NCBI RefSeq assembly: GCF_006345805.1 | Contig: NW_021832444.1 | Location: forward strand, 1 to 32,465 | Direction: 5' to 3' | Origin: Octopus sinensis | Lineage: Eukaryota | Length of the DNA: 32,465 nt | Part shown: positions 32,331 to 32,465 of the stretch, piece after piece | Layout of the letters: each line of letters begins with the position of its first letter | Numbering within the stretch: the stretch's first letter is position 1 | Made by a program: the position numbers and the translations under genes | The notes under the pieces: model-generated | Databases searched by the model: none | What the model saw: only the letters and a program-made list of their open reading frames with translations | What the model was told of the DNA's origin: nothing

Positions 32331-32465
32331 AAGACTTAAAACACCAGCTAATGCAGCAAAACTACTTATATCTGCTGAATAATAATAATAATAATTACAA
32401 CAACAACAACAATAATGTTCTCTTTGGTTGAACAATGTCTCTGTGAAGTTTAGTGTTATATGAGT

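Overview
This is eukaryotic, repeat-saturated, apparently intergenic or intronic DNA with no recognisable host gene. The SINE families and extreme microsatellite load look like an octopod cephalopod genome; that is my inference from recognition, not a database match. Mobile elements: a decayed, probably full-length CR1-group LINE (5368-11087, minus); three Penelope-like element (PLE) remnants or families; R4/Dong-like, RTE-like, Tx1/L1-like and CR1/L2-like LINE fragments; a DD34D mariner; a Tc1-like remnant; a doubly palindromic MITE pair; and several tRNA-derived SINEs. The main result is that at least five unrelated repeat families carry type I hammerhead ribozyme (HHR) folds. The best is a 1.6-kb array of ~360-bp non-coding monomers (11607-13205) in two divergent arms. 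Each monomer has an HHR with a long stem I and a covarying U3-A8 core instead of C3-G8, consistent with a retrozyme (circular-RNA-producing, non-autonomous retroelement). A second element joins a tRNA-like Pol III head to an HHR and was inserted as an inverted pair with a 12-bp target-site duplication (TSD; 26946-27446). The LINE also has a candidate sense-strand intron in its 5' UTR and an ORF1 with Myb/SANT-like and CCCH motifs. All folds and translations were done by eye, and most element boundaries are approximate.
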